Shown here in pieces: positions 23,901 through 38,900 of a stretch of DNA of 64,000 nucleotides (the stretch's first letter is position 1; each line of letters begins with the position of its first letter). Under the pieces are notes generated by a model. The model was not told the DNA's origin, searched no databases, and saw only the letters and a program-made list of their open reading frames with translations. A program made the translations under genes and the position numbers. The stretch is from Cetorhinus maximus (lineage: Eukaryota). The DNA is taken from the NCBI RefSeq assembly GCF_964194155.1, contig NC_135888.1:23498001-23562000 (forward strand). Direction: 5' to 3'.

Positions 23901-26900
23901 TGGAGATAGCTCGCCACATTCGATCCATCACTTCCACGCGCCGTGGTTCTGCGATAGCCCAGGCTTCATCCCCATCAAATATGATGTGCGACAGAACTCC
24001 ACAGGCATTGTATGACACCTCAATCCCATCTGCGTTACTTTCTAAGAGACGGCTGTAAGGGAAGCATGCAATAAAATGATGGGGGTTAGAGCGGGGTTGG
24101 TGACTTTTCATTATAAATGCGGACACATTACTGTAAATACGGTCACAAGGTGTCAGACTCTGTAGATCCATGGACAAGACAGCATTTTCAATGCTTTTTA
24201 TAACGGAGTAAAATGATGCAGAACAAGGGAATCAAAGGGTATCAGGGTTAGATGGGGATGAGGAAATCGAAACACGAGAAGATCAGCCATGATCTTATTG
24301 AATGGCGGAGCAGGCTCAAGGGGCCAAATAGTCTATTCCTGTTCCTATTTCTTATGTTCTTACAAGACATTGTCAGACACCTAACCCATCTGGCAGGTGA
24401 CTCATGGCAGGTAATTGATGGGATTGGATTGGCAAAGGAAAGTCAAATGGGGTAGAGTATAAAACAGGAGGCTGATTTCCTCCCTCGGCTACCCACAAGA
24501 GTCTGAAAGATGATGTCATGGCGAGAATCACTTTCCCTACTTATCTTATAAGATGAAAAGAAAAGACAGGGCAGACGGTCAGAATAGCCTACATCCTAAC
24601 ACACTGCACTAGTGATTGGGTAGGGCAAGGTCCATCTTCTAACTAATCCTAAAACAACATGTTCACAATAACAGACACAGGAATGCTGCACTGGATGTGG
24701 AAACTGTCAATCCCAACACTGCTCCTGCACAAAGATGAATTTGAATATAGACCAGTCGTGTGGAGCAATTGGAGAAGCTGGAATTATTCACCTTAGAGCA
24801 GAGAAGGATAAGAGGAGATTTACTAGAGGTGTTCAAAATAATGAAGGGTTTTGATAGAGTAAATAAGAAGAAACTGTTTGCAATGGTGGGAGAGTTGGCG
24901 AGGCAAAGAAGGTAAAAGGGGAGACGAGAATTTGTTTACGCAGAGAGCTGTTATGATCTGGAGGGCGCTGCCTGAAAGGGCGGTGGAAGCAGATTCAATG
25001 ATAACTTCAAAAAGGGAATCAGATAAATACTTGAAAAGGAAAAACTTGCAGGGTTCTGAGGAAAAAGACAGTGCAAGCACGATGGGCTGAATGGCCTCCC
25101 GTTGTGCTTTAAGATTCTATGACTAACTAGGAGCAGGTTAGCTGAGTGCCTCCTCAGCTGGGGAATGATGTGTGGAATGTGCAGAGGGGAATATTAGAGG
25201 AGGGGGAAAAAGAAAATATGTAACATAATTGGGTGAAATATAATAAGATAAAAAAATAGTTTGGTGATAATTTGACTACAGCATAAACAGTGATTGGGGC
25301 TGAGTGAGGGGCTGTGTGGGGTGGAAGGGCAAATCATTAAAATAACTTTTTATATCATGCATAGGTGACTTGTCCCCAGAGATTTTTAAAAACACCAACC
25401 TGAAGACACTAATGAACTGGGTGGTCATCAGATGTGGCCGTAAATGTTTGACCTCAGCGACATTTCCCAGCAGTCCCAACATGTTCCTGTGTAATTCTTG
25501 CTTTCCTTGGAATTCCTAGGTTTAACGGAGGATAAAGAAATAATGGGAGCGAAAAGAAAAACAGGATGCAGAGAACGGATAATCAGAGTGTTCAGCGAAC
25601 TCTAACCTGCTCCCACATCCTGCACCAATCACAGTTGGAAGCCCCATGGCCAATCACAGCTAGGGGCCCCACAGCTAATCAAAAGCTGGGTCCCCACAGC
25701 CAGTCACAGTTGGGCTTCCATAACCTCCACCACTCATAGCTAGGCTCTTACAGCCTGCAGGTAAATGAGAACTGTAGAAGAAACCACCTCTGACTATCCA
25801 ACAAACTGCAGTATCAGCCAAGACAAAACAGAGACAATTAAATAATTTTTAACTGCATATTGTTCATGTAAAAGTAAGGTCACATGCTCCAAGGAGAAAC
25901 TTACATTCAAACATTCGAGGAACAACTTCATTCCATTGCAGTTTAGGAACATCTCACAGTTATCGGGAGTCTCATCTGTAATGTTCCATAGTGCACTCCA
26001 TGAAAACTCCATAACTTGGTCACACTGTCCAGAGAAAAAAAGAAGGGGACAAGGGATATGGTAGAAATGTTTCTCATTCAAGCTCACAAGTGTCCTGATC
26101 AATGTGTTTGATGGACCAAAAAAGGACAGAAACGAAAGCAAAATACTGCGGATACTGGAATCTTCAATAAAAACAGAGAACGCTGGAAACAGTTCGCAGG
26201 TGAGGAGAGAGAAATAAAGTTAACATTTCAGGTCGATGACCTTTCATCAGAACCACTGATGAAACCACATGTTTCTCTCTTTACAGGTGCTAACAGACCT
26301 GCTGAACATTTGCAGCATTTTCTGCTTTTAGGACAGAAACAAACAGATTACTTACAATTTGAATACTGGACTTGGGAGGTGAAAGCAAAATAAATTCACA
26401 GAAAAATTTACTGAAAACAATCGTTTTGCCCCCAGATGTCTTCCAAATTTGTGACTGATATATGATCCTGGACAATAAGTGACAATTCTGGGGAGCAGCT
26501 GAACCCCGTCCTGTCTTCATCCAATTTTTCGCCTACAAATGTGCACTTCAGAGTGGGAATCAGGAACAGGGACATTGGACAATTTTCCACCTGGCTCTCA
26601 CCAGCTTTAGGAAGTCAATTGTGCTATTTGAACTACTGGTCCTGGCTCAGGTCAGCTAGCACCATGCAACCTGAGGAATGAATTTGTGACCTGCTGGTCT
26701 GCCTGGCTTACAAGTGAGCTTCATGGTGCATGTCCCCACACAGTCAGCACTGGGTAACCCACCCCACATACTTTCTGAGCTCACAGGTGAAGAAAAGCTA
26801 CTTGGGGGGGATGGGGGGGGCAGTGGTGAGATACTGGAGGACTGGCACTGCCCACAGAATTCCAGGTTAATTGCTAGCACCTTCCGGAGAGAATGGCAGG

Positions 26901-29900
26901 GAAAAGGAACATAACTTTCAGCTGTGGCTCAGTGGATAGCACACTCGCTCGCCTGCAAATCAGATGGTTGTGGGTTCAAGCCACTCCAGAGACAAAAGCA
27001 CAAAACTGAGGCTGACTTTTCAGTGTGGTTCTGAGGGAGCGCTGTGTTATTGGAGGTACAGCTATTTTGGGTGAGACTTTAAACTGAGATAGACTTAAAA
27101 AATTTCCAAGACCATTTTTGTGAAGAAGAGCAGAAGAGTTCTCTTTGGTGTCCTGGACAATACTGACCCCTCAACTGACATCACTAAAACACATTACCTG
27201 GTAATAATATGTTTGTGGGATCTTGCCGTGCACACATTGATGTCTGTGTTTTCTAAGTTACAACAATGGTTATGTTTCATTAAGTCCTTCATTATTTGTG
27301 AAGTGGTGAAAGGCACTATATAAAAGCAGTTTCTTTTCTTTAAACTTACCACTTTGTCAGTCAATTTCTTCTGAATCAACTTCAACATTGTCTGGAAGAA
27401 AACACATTAAAACAGGTCAGCAGCATAGTCCAGGAGGTCTCTGTAAAGCATAAATGCACACATACAAACATATGAATTAGGAGCAGGAGTAGGCCACTTG
27501 GCCCTTCAAGCCTACTCTGCCATTCAATAAAATCATGGCTGATCTAATTGTAACCTCAACTCCACATTCCCTCCTACCCCTGATAACCTTTCACCCCCTT
27601 GCTTATCAAGAATCTATCTACTTCTGCCTTAAAAATATTCATGGACTAGTTCCACCGCCTTTTGAGGAATAAAGTTCCAAAAACTCACAACCCTCAGAGA
27701 AAAAAATTCTCTTCATCTCTGTCAATGATGGGTGACCCCTTATTTTTAAACAGTGGGCCAAAATACTAGATCCTCCCATATGTATCTTATTCAACTAAGA
27801 AACAGATATTATTGCAGATGTTCGACAATCAAACCTACCCTGCAAACCCCTAGTCCCAACTGTTTAACAAATCTGACCACTGGGAGCATCTAATACAATT
27901 ACTGCTCAAACAGTTTGTTGCTGAAGGACAGGCTGCAGAAAATGATGAAAAGCTGTTTCAAAGGAGTTGACCTCTAGTGAATGAGTTATGAGGAATGACT
28001 TTAGAAGCTTTTGGCTATTTCACCAAACAAACATACAATAAGAGAGGTGAGAAAAGACCAGCAAGGCAATCCACACTTGTTCTCTCTATTAGGCCTTGTG
28101 ACCTCAAGCACCAACTGTTAGCAGTATTAAGTAAGCCTCGAAGAGAGGCAAGTGAGAGGTAACCTGGTAGAAGTATGTAAGGTAGTAAAGCACGTGGAGA
28201 AAGTAGATCCAACACACTACTTCAACTAAACTGTTACTAAAGAATAAGGGAATAGAGATTCAAGGTTGTAAAAGACAATTGTAGGACTGATGTCAAGAAG
28301 TTTGTCAGATGAAGTGTGACCAACATGCAGAACAGACTCTTGGTAGGGCAGTGAGCAGAAAAGTCTTGAACTCATTTAAGAAACAGTTGGATGACATGTA
28401 GTCTTTCAGGATGAATGAGCTAGGATTTGCCAAATTAACTTTCTTTTCCAGGTCAAGGCTGTGAGCTTCATCTCACTGCAGGGTCTTGAGCACAAAATCC
28501 AGGCTGATATTCCCAGTGTAGTTACCGAGAGGGCTATGCGCTATCAGAGGTAGCATCTTTCAGATGAAACATTAAACCGAGGCTCCGTCTGCCCTCTCTG
28601 GTGGACATAAAAGATTGGAAGAAGAACAGGGGAGTTATCCTTGGTATACTGGACAAAATGTAACTATCATCCAATATGCTTAAAATGGATTATCTAGACA
28701 TTATCACATTGCTGTTTGTGGGAACATGTGTTTACTTTGGGTTTATGAAGGGTGAATAAATGCAGAGGCCACTTTGGAATGTGCTACATGGATCCATATG
28801 TGGGCAGAGCAGATAGGGAGAAAATGTTCCCGCTCGTAAACACATCGAGAATCAGAGGGCCCAGTTTTAAAGTGTTTTGCAAAAGAAGCAAATGCGAGGT
28901 GAGAAAAAGCTTTTTCACACAGCGCGTAGTTAGGGTTTGGAATGCACTGCCTGGAAGTGTTGTGGAGACAGGTTCAATTGAGGCATTCAAGAGGCCATTG
29001 GATGGTTATTTAAATAGAAACAATGTGCAGGGTTACAGGGAAAAGACAGGAGATTGGCACTAAGTTTAAATGTCGGAGAGTCAGTGCAAACACGATGGGC
29101 CGAATGGCCTCCTTCTACACCATAATAATTCTGTGATTCTGTGATTTTTCCATACTAACTTCATAAGAGGTGTTTGGAGCATGTTGCAACAACAATGATG
29201 CAATAGCACGATGTTCTGCCCAGTCCTAAGCATCACCATACTTACTGTGACAAATCCCATTTTCCCCACTGCTTCCTTGTGATCATTGTCAACTTGGCAG
29301 ACCAGTGCATTGCAAAGATGCACTGCTATGCGCTGGATGGACTCGTCCTGCCGGGTCTGGTTGAGGATACTGAGAAGCAGCTCATTGACCCGTCGGTACT
29401 GGAACTCCAGCTCCTCTGGAATACTGAAGTTACAGAGCGTCAAGCAGCAGTTCCGTTGTACCTGTATTGCCAGGAAGGAATCGAGAGTGAGACTCAGCAG
29501 AAAAAGTATTACTGAGTACACAGTAAAAATCAAATGGTGAGGGGGTGGCCAGTGTTAGAAGAAGAGTGGGAGTGAGGGGAGTGAGTGAGAGGAGAGAGCG
29601 CCGGGGAGGGGGGGGGGAAAGAGAAAGCGCCAGGGGCGGTGATAACTGTGAAGCAGGAGATCACTCAGTTAGATAGCCAGGGGTTTCAGGGAATCCAAAA
29701 CAAGGGTGGTGATTTTGAAACAATGGTATTGTGTTATGATGTCAAGGACACGAAGGTGGGATGTGAGTGAGGATACTGAGTGCAACTTGAATCAGCAGAA
29801 GCTGGTGGGATGGTGGGGGTAGGGGGAGCAGTGAAAGGGGTTGAGACAGGAGCGTCACTAGGAGTGTGTTGCAGCAACCACCAATCTGTATCTTGCACAA

Positions 29901-32900
29901 ATCTTCAGTGACTGATAAACGAAACATGTACATGTGTTTATTGTGAACAGAGCAGTGATATAAGAACTTTAAAATACAAACCATTGAAGCAGACCACAGT
30001 TTAAAGGTAAGCATTTATGAGTTGAATGGGTATATTCGTACCGTCACCTCTTGGTAGGACTCCATACCATTCAGCACCACCTGAATAACCTGCCGGCGGA
30101 GTTTGATACTCTGTTCATGCCGGTAATCTGAGCCAGTCAGGTAGAAGAGAGCCGCACTGCCTGTCACCTGAACACTTTTATCAAATTTGTGATACTTCAG
30201 CGCGGAGATCACCAGCTGCAACAAAGAAATAAGAAAGATTTTTAAACAAACACTGTCTTCTTCTCTCTATTTCAGCACTATCAATGTGAACAGCAAATCT
30301 TAAAATGCTTCTCTCTGCAAACAGCCTTCCCCTCACCTCCCTACACCATCCTCATTCTCTCTTAACATTATATTCCCCTCTGTGCCATGTGTATACTGAG
30401 ATCCAGTTGCAACACATTATGACTATGATCTCCCACAGTCTAAGCAAAGGAACTTCCAAAAGTTTTTTCCTAAATTGGCCCAAGGTAGTTTCTCTGATCC
30501 TGTGTTTCTCCAAGGTGGAGGTTAGGGATGTTGGAGTTTCATCATGCTGGTACAGGATAGATTGACAGTTTAACTCATCTTTTTCTCATGTTTGTATCTC
30601 CAAACCTAACTCATTCTTTCTTTGGATTTCAAAACCCTGGAACAAGTTACCTTCCTCCCTCCCTCCTGTATCCACCAACAAGCTCTTGCATTTCTATAGC
30701 ATCTTTAACATAGTAAAACATCCCACGGTGCTTCACAGGAGCGTTGTCAAACAAAATTGGACACATATTAGACAGATGACCAAAAGCTTGATTTTCAGGA
30801 GCATCTTCAAGGACAGGGGAGGGAATTCCAGAACACGCTTTAATTTGATTTAAATGTAATTTTTTTTTATTTGCTTCATTCTTTCTGAGATGAACCTATA
30901 TATCTTGAGGCCAACAATCGCCTGCATCTGGAAACCACTTCTCCATTTGAATCAAATTACAAGATGTTAAAAGCTTTGTGGGCTGTCACCTGATCACTCT
31001 TTCCCCAATCACCATGCTTTCTCTTCTTTTCAAATTTGATTCCGTCACAAACCGGAGTTTCTCAATAATAAAAAAAATAATTTTTTCCAGGAGATCCAAA
31101 GCTTAGTTTGGGCGAAGGATTTGACCATGTCCTCCCAGAACATTAATTACACCTTCTTCCCTTTAGAACATCAGGCTGTTTCCTAACTTTATCTTTATCT
31201 TGTAAGGTTTTTTTTTTGGAGGTGGAGGGGAAAGTTTTAAGCTCTTTAGTTTTTTAAATTACGTCATCTGACCAACTTTCTCCTTGCATCAAGCTTGTGT
31301 TTTTATTGTAAACTCTGTAAAAGGAACATTGGCTCATTTAAGGTAGTAACTAACAAAGAAATGATAAAATTATCATCTTTAGAAGACAAAGTTCTTGCTA
31401 TTTGCACAAACAGCTGGAATTCCATGGAGACACAACATGGATAGGGCAATGTCATTCTACTCTGAATGCACTGCGTGACAACAGTGACCTTGATGCTAAA
31501 AAGGGAAATGTCACAAAGTGGATCCAGTAACAAAGTTTAATACCTCGCCTGGAGGAAGCAGTGATCTCTTTACATTGACACTATTAAAGCAGGCTTCAGT
31601 AGCATTCTAAAACTGTCCTGCACCAGTCAACTGAACTTAACCTTTGAACCTTACCTGTAGAGCACGCAATGGTTGGTCACACTGTTCGATCCGTGCGATA
31701 TCGAAGAGGTGGTTTATTGCGCGTGACGCAATCTCTGGTCGATATTCAGTGTAAGCTTCTATGGCGTTCAGGATTTGATCCTCATTTGCTTCACCAGTTA
31801 TCTAGCAACAGAAGCACAATCTGTAGCTGAGTTTGCAGATCAGCCAAATAAAAACACAAACCCTGCACAAAGGCTCTAAAGTTCTTACAGTGGTTCTCTT
31901 CTAGCCTCAAGCAATTATAGCAGATCACAAACACACACACATATGTCATGGGAACGATGAGAACACACATGCACACAGATACACACATGAATGGACAGAT
32001 GTGCTCACACACATGCACACAGACTTGGAAACACATGCACAGATGGACATGCATGCACAGACACACATGTGCATCCTAAATGATCTTATAAAGGCTAACT
32101 GTGAGCAATGGCCAGCCTCGCTTACCTTGTAGGCAGGAATATGAGTTAGATTACACAGTGTGGTGTCAAACAGTCCCAGGAATTGAAAGGATCTATTCAG
32201 CAGACGGAATGGCTCAATGCTGCTCTTCTGTGGCTCAGTACTGAATACAAAAAGCATGAGGCAAATTAGTGCAGTAATGGAGTCCCATCACATCTCTCAG
32301 AAACATCTCCAGGCACTTCCCACACAATGATATACTTTGTCCCCCATCATACATAGCTGTGCCTTCAGCCACTAGACCTTAAATTCTGGAATTCCTTCCA
32401 TAAAACTGTCTGCCTCTTTACCTCTCTCTCCTCCTTTAAGATGCTCCTTGAAACCTAGCTCTTTGACCAAGGATTTGGTCACCTGTCCTAATATCTCCTT
32501 CTTTGGCTTGGTGTCAATTTTTGTCTGATTACACTCCTGTGAGCTACCTTGAGACATAAATGCAAATTATTGTCCTAAATTCCCACAGAGGGATGGACTG
32601 ATTAAATGGATTTATTGATTAAAAGATTAATGTTAGCTGGGAAACTGGGAGAATTCCCCTGCAAATTCTTCCAAGAGTACCAGGGGATCTTCAACATCTA
32701 CCTGAACCACTATGGTAGGCTACTTGGGCTTCATTTTAACCTTGTATCCAAAGGACAGCACCTCCGTCAATACAACAATGCATCAGTACCACACTAGGGT
32801 GTCAGCCGAGATTATGCACTCAAGTCCTGGAGTGACCTTGAACCCACGACTTCTGATTCAGAGGTGGGAGTCTCTGTATAGTTATTCAAAGAGGGGCAGG

Positions 32901-35900
32901 TAGTTTGGCCAGGGCCTAATTCCTCCCTAAACAGACACCACCCAAAGCCAATCAGCTGGTCATTCATCTCATTGCTGTTTGTGGGACCTGGTTGTGCATA
33001 AATTAGCCACTGGGCTTGACTACATTACCACAGTGACTGCACTTCAAAACGATTCACCAGCCGTGGAACATTTTGAAAGCTTGATAAGATGCAAAAAGAA
33101 TGAAAGCAACATGTTTTTGTCAAAGATTCAAAAGTGGCCCTGGAAAATATGAAAGTACTTTTCTATTTTAGATTTCTATTTAGATTTCTATTTTAGATAT
33201 TTGGCTAGGCCTCAGGCCTTACCTTGCAGGGCCCAGGGCTTCATCATGGCTTGAGATTGCAGAGTTATCCAGCATCAGGTGCCCTGAGATGTCCAATGAG
33301 ACGAGGTTCTTGAGGTTCTGCGCAAAGGCAGTGAGGACTTTCCGGGTCAGCTTGAATTTGTAAAAACTAGAAGTTCTGTCACGGGAAATGTCCAAATGTC
33401 TGCAGAAGATAAACAATATATAGAGCGCAACAGTGCAGCAAGATTTTAAGCTTGATGTATTCAGGTTACAACAAAATGACAGTAGATCATCTCATTGAAG
33501 CCTACAAAATTCTGAAGGGGCTTGACAGGGTAGAGACCAAGAGATTGTTTTTGCTGGTCGGGGAATCTAAAACATGGGGGCACAGTTTCAGGATAAGGGG
33601 CTGATCATTTAGGACTGAGATGAGGAGAAATTACTTCAGTCAAAAGGTTGTGAATCTTTGGAATTCTCTACCCCAGAGGTTTGTGAATGCTCCATTGTTG
33701 AATACATTTAAGGCTGGGATAGACAGATTTTTGGTCTCGCAGAGAATTATAGGATGTGGGCAGTGGATGGGAAAATGGGAGTTGAAGCCCAAGATCAGCC
33801 ATGATCATATTGAATGGTGGAGCAGGCACGATGGGCCACATGATCTATTGCTCCTATTTTTTGTGTTCTTGTAGAGATTTGACTCATTCACCCCTACCCG
33901 TTCTGAGCCAAGGTTTGGTCCACCTCCCAGAGTTCTCCCAAGTTCCCTGACTAATATTTATCCTGCAACCATCAACACCAAAGAAAACTAGTCATTATCA
34001 CAATACTGTTGTGGGAGCTTGCAGTACGCAAATTGGCTGCCGCGTTTCTCTATGTTACTAAGTATCTATCGTCACTGTTGTAATTTAACAAATTTAGGAA
34101 GTAATGAGGTCATGAAAGGCATGATAGAAGTGCAATTCTTTATTTCTTTCAAAAATGTATGCTTAATAAATCTGTGAACATCTGACATCTATGTTGTAAA
34201 TCCTTTTATGCTGAGGAATAAATTATACCCATCCAGAACACCCAAGAAAGGCAGGAGTACAGCGAAAAAAACAAAAAACCACTGCGGATGCTGGAAATCC
34301 AAAACAAAAACAGCCTTCTCCTCCCTCCCAGAAACATGATAGGGTCCCCCTTGTCCTCACTTATCACCCCACCAGCCTCCGCATTCAAAGGATCATCCTC
34401 CGCCATTTCCGACAACTCCAGCATGATGCCACCACCAAACACATCTTCCCTTCACCCCCCAGGCGGCATTCCATAGGGATCGTTCCCTCCGGGACACCCT
34501 GGTCCACTCCTCCATCACCCCCTACTCCTCAACCCCCACCTATGGCACCTCCCCATGCCCACGCAGAAGATGCAACACCTGCCCCTTCACTTCCTCTCTC
34601 CTCACCGTCCAAGGGCCCAAACACTCCTTTCAAGTGAAGCAGCATTTCACTTGCATTTCCCCTAACTTAGTCTACTGCATTCGTTGCTCCCAATGCGGTC
34701 TCCTCTACATTGGAGAGACCAAACGCAAACTGGACGACCGCTTTGCAGAACACCTGCGGTCTGTCCGCAAGAAAGACCCAAACCTCCCTGTCGCTTGCCA
34801 TTTTAACACTCCACCCTGTTCTCTTGCCCACGTCTGTCCTTGGCTTGCTGCATTGTTCCAGTGAAGCCCAACGCAAACTGGAGGAACAGCACCTCATCTT
34901 CCGACTAGGCACTTTACACCCTTCCGGGCTGAATATTGAATTCAACAACTTTAGATCTTAAACTCCCCCTCCCCCCATCCCCACCCCGTTTCTTCCCCCT
35001 CCCTTTTGTTTTTTTTTCAATAATTTATATAGATTCTTCTTTTCCCACCCATTTCCATTATTTTTAAATCTACAACTAATACCTTGTCAGTCTTTCCACC
35101 CCACCCCCACTAGAGCTGTACCTTGAGTATCCTGCCATCCATTCTTAATTAGCACTTTTCTTAGATAATATCACCACCTTCAACACCTCTTTGATCCTTT
35201 TGTCTGTGACATCTTTTGATTATCTGCTCCTATCACTGCTTGCTTGTCCCCACAACCACCCCACCCTCAACTTCTCTCCCCCCGCCCCCCACCTTAAACC
35301 AGCTTATATTTCACCCCTCGCCTAACTACACTTCAGTTCTGTTGAAGGGTCATGTTGGACTCGAAACGTCAACTCTTTTCTTCTCCACCGATGCTGCCAG
35401 ACCTGCTGAGTTTTTCCAGGTAATTCTGTTTTTGTTTAGGAGTACAGCGAAACTGAGTCTCAGTCATTTTCCTAAGGGCTTATAGCAGGAGATCAGCAGA
35501 AACCCTGTGGAATTACTGTGACATTGTCAACAGGGGAAAACTTGCACTGAGTTCCATCCACCCATCACCCCTGTGGCCACTGACCAACATTAGCTCTCAG
35601 CCTGGCAATGCCTCGATTTTAAAATTCTTATCCTTGTTTTCAAATTCCTCCACGGCCTCGCCCTTCCTTACTTTTGCAACCTCTTCCAGCTCTAAGATCT
35701 TTTGAGAAACATGCATTACTCTAATTCTGGCCTCTTGCATATCCCAGATTTTAGTCACTCCACCATTAGCAGCCGTGCTTCCAGCTGCCTGGGCCCTAAG
35801 CTCTGGAATTCCCTCCCTAAACATCTCCGCCTGTCGTTCTTCCTTTAAGATGCTCCATAAAACCTACCCTTTTGACTAATCATTTGATCACCTGTCCTAG

Positions 35901-38900
35901 TATCTCCATTTATGGCCCGGTGGCAAAATTGGTCAGATATTGCTCCTGTGAGGCACCTTGGGACATTTTACTATTTTAAAGGCACAAGTTGTTGCTACTG
36001 AGACGCGGTGGTGTGGGAGGGAACGAGTGTGGGGAAGGAGGAATTAAGATTCTGAACATTAAGCTGCCATATGACCCTGACCTAGAAGCACATTACCCCC
36101 ACCTGAGGTTAGTGAGCTGCAGGAGGACCCAGATGTGCTCCTCAGAGAGGTCCATGTTGTACAGCACCAGTGACCCAAGCCGCTTCTGCCACTGCAGCAG
36201 GAACTGGATGTCGTTGATCTGGATTCCAGAGAGGTCAAGCGAGGTGAGGGAAGTAAGCGGCCGCAGGAGTCGGTCCACATTCACTCCATCAGTCAGGTGA
36301 CCCAGGTTGAGGAAGCAGAGCCGGTGGAAGCCGGTGAAGGTGAAGTCTCTGACCAGGACCTGCCGTGTGGGGTTCACCAGGCTTTCATTGTCCCCCTCGC
36401 AGCCACCAGGGTTTTCTTCCTCATAAAAAATGTTCTTGCAGCCAAACAGGCTGAGGGAAACCAACGTGCTGCGGAAGTTATTTAGAGTCTGCAGGCTCTT
36501 GGCTGAGAGCTTCTCGCAGTTAACCAGTCGGAGCTCAACCAGATCCTGGAGAACACAAGCAGAATTGGTAGTCACCATGGAAACAGAGTCAACAGGCATT
36601 GGGTTACTAAGCAACAACAAATTGTGATCTCTGACCTTACAACTTATAAACACCAAAGTACCCTGGTGTAGTGGCTATGTTACTGGACTAGTAATCCAGA
36701 GTAATTCTAAATACCAATGACATAAAGGGGTATGGGATAGTGTGGGAAAAAAGCATTGAAGTGGATGATCAGCCATGATCGTATTGAATGGCGGAGCAGG
36801 CTCGATGGCTGAATGGCCTACTCCTGCTTCTATGTTCCTATGCCTGGATTAGTACCTAGAGAACACAAATTCAAATCTGGAGGTAGTCTGAGAATCTGAA
36901 TTCAGTTCAAAAGGAAATCTTGGAATAAAAAGCTGGGATCAGTAAAAGTGACCATGAAGCTGTTGGATTGTGGTAAAAACTCAACTGGTCACTAACGTCC
37001 TTTAGGAAGGGGAACTTGCTTGCTATCCTTACCCGGTCTGGGCCTATATGTGACTTCAGTCCCACACCAACGTGGCTGACTTTTAACTGCCCTCAGAAAT
37101 GGCCTCATGAACCACTCAGTTGACTAGGGATGGCCAGCGATGCCCATGACTAGAGATGGCCAGCAATGCCCATGTCCTGAATATAACTTAAAAACATCCA
37201 TGAGCTGGTCACAAAACTCGATTAAAGCCTCGATTTATAGAGTTGTCTCGTATTCAATGTTGTCAGAATATTTTATGCTTTCCTTGTGATTATACCTACA
37301 ACAAAAGTGGTGTACGCTGAAGTTTTTCTGAAGTTCCTCTCCATTCTTTTTTTAAAAAATATTTGTTCTCAGTACTGGAGAAAATTCAGAGAGATTGGCA
37401 AGAATATAACCATAATTAAAATTATATATCAGCAAAAATTAAGCAGGCTGGGGCTCATTTCCCTGAAAAAGACTAAGAGGAGAATCTGAGTGAGCTCTTT
37501 AAAATTCTGAAGGGGTTCGACTGGAGAACCTGTTTCCACTTGTGGGGAAGTCCAGAACAAGGGTGTGTTAACATAAGATATACTGAACGGCAAACTGTTT
37601 ACTAACAGGTCAAATAAAGAATTTAGGAGGAATTAGGGAGAAGGAGGGGGTGAGAGAGAGGGTGGGAGTGGGTTGAGGTGAGAGGAGGGAGGGATCGCAA
37701 CAAGCAGTTAGGACCTGGAATGCACTGCCCAAGAGTGTGGTGAATTGTGGCTTTTAAATGAGGATATTTATCTGAAGAAATAAAATTACCGGGCTACGGG
37801 AAAAAGGCAGGGGAATGGGACTAGCTGATTAACTCTTGCAAACAGCCAGCAGGAACATGACAGGCCAAATTGGCCTCCTGTGCTGTAGCCATTCTATTAT
37901 TCTATGAGTGGTAAGAATGTGGACCTTGTTGCCACATGGTGTGATTGAAGCAGACAGTATTGATGCATTTGAGGCTTGTTGCAGACATGAGGGATTAAGG
38001 AATAGAACAGAAGATAGAGTGGGTTACTAGTTCAGTACTGTAGCCACTACATTACTGTTCGAGCCCAGATCCTAGCCTATGCTCATCTTCCTATTCAGGA
38101 TTCCTTACAATAGCACAGCCTTTCCTGTTTGATGCAGAGCCGTACAAAACAGGAAGGTCTCAGGTTCGATCCCTGGCCAGTGCTGATCTCAACCAAGGAG
38201 GCATTGGGAAAATCAGTTGGTCTCAGTGACTCCAGATTAGGGAGGGGAGAATTGGGTGCAGTCCTGACTGATATAGGAAAACTTGAGTACGTGAACTGGA
38301 TTTGGTTCAGTTGTGGGTTCCCTCTTCCATTGCTGAACAGCTCGTCGACACTCACTGACCAGCCGTCATAAGAGTTCAGTCAGCAGGATGACTGGGGTCC
38401 TGTCAAATGGTATCCTCAAAGAGAGATCAGCAACTTCACGATGGGAAGACATATGACTGGTGAAACAAAACATGCCCAGCCTATTCCGTTCCGAAGCTAA
38501 GAACAATTCCAACTAACGGTCTCTCAGCTCACAGTTATTCTGACAGAGGACAGGATCGTTCAAGTGACAGGCTTCAACTGGACAAACTAACTTGTACTAG
38601 GAGGTGAAAGTCTGGGGAGTGAGGGTGACAAATAGAAATAATGGTAGTGTGTTAAAAAATGTAATGGCACCCGTACCTGCTTAGAAAAGGCCACCAAGTC
38701 CTGATCCTGCACAATATCTTCCTGAATCCCCCTCAGGTGTATGTGAGTCAGCCGGGTGCTCCGATGGTCTGAGAACAAGCTGAAGAAGCTCTCATGTGGC
38801 TGGAAGCTGTTGTCTGTGTTCACCAGGTCCATGTACCTAGAACATGCACACACGAGGGATGAGTCTTAAACTTACACAGATTGAGAGAGTGGAAAGAATG

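Noticed and set aside
26922-26990. tRNA gene
   Set aside because: The A/B boxes belong to a SINE head; there is no intact cloverleaf.
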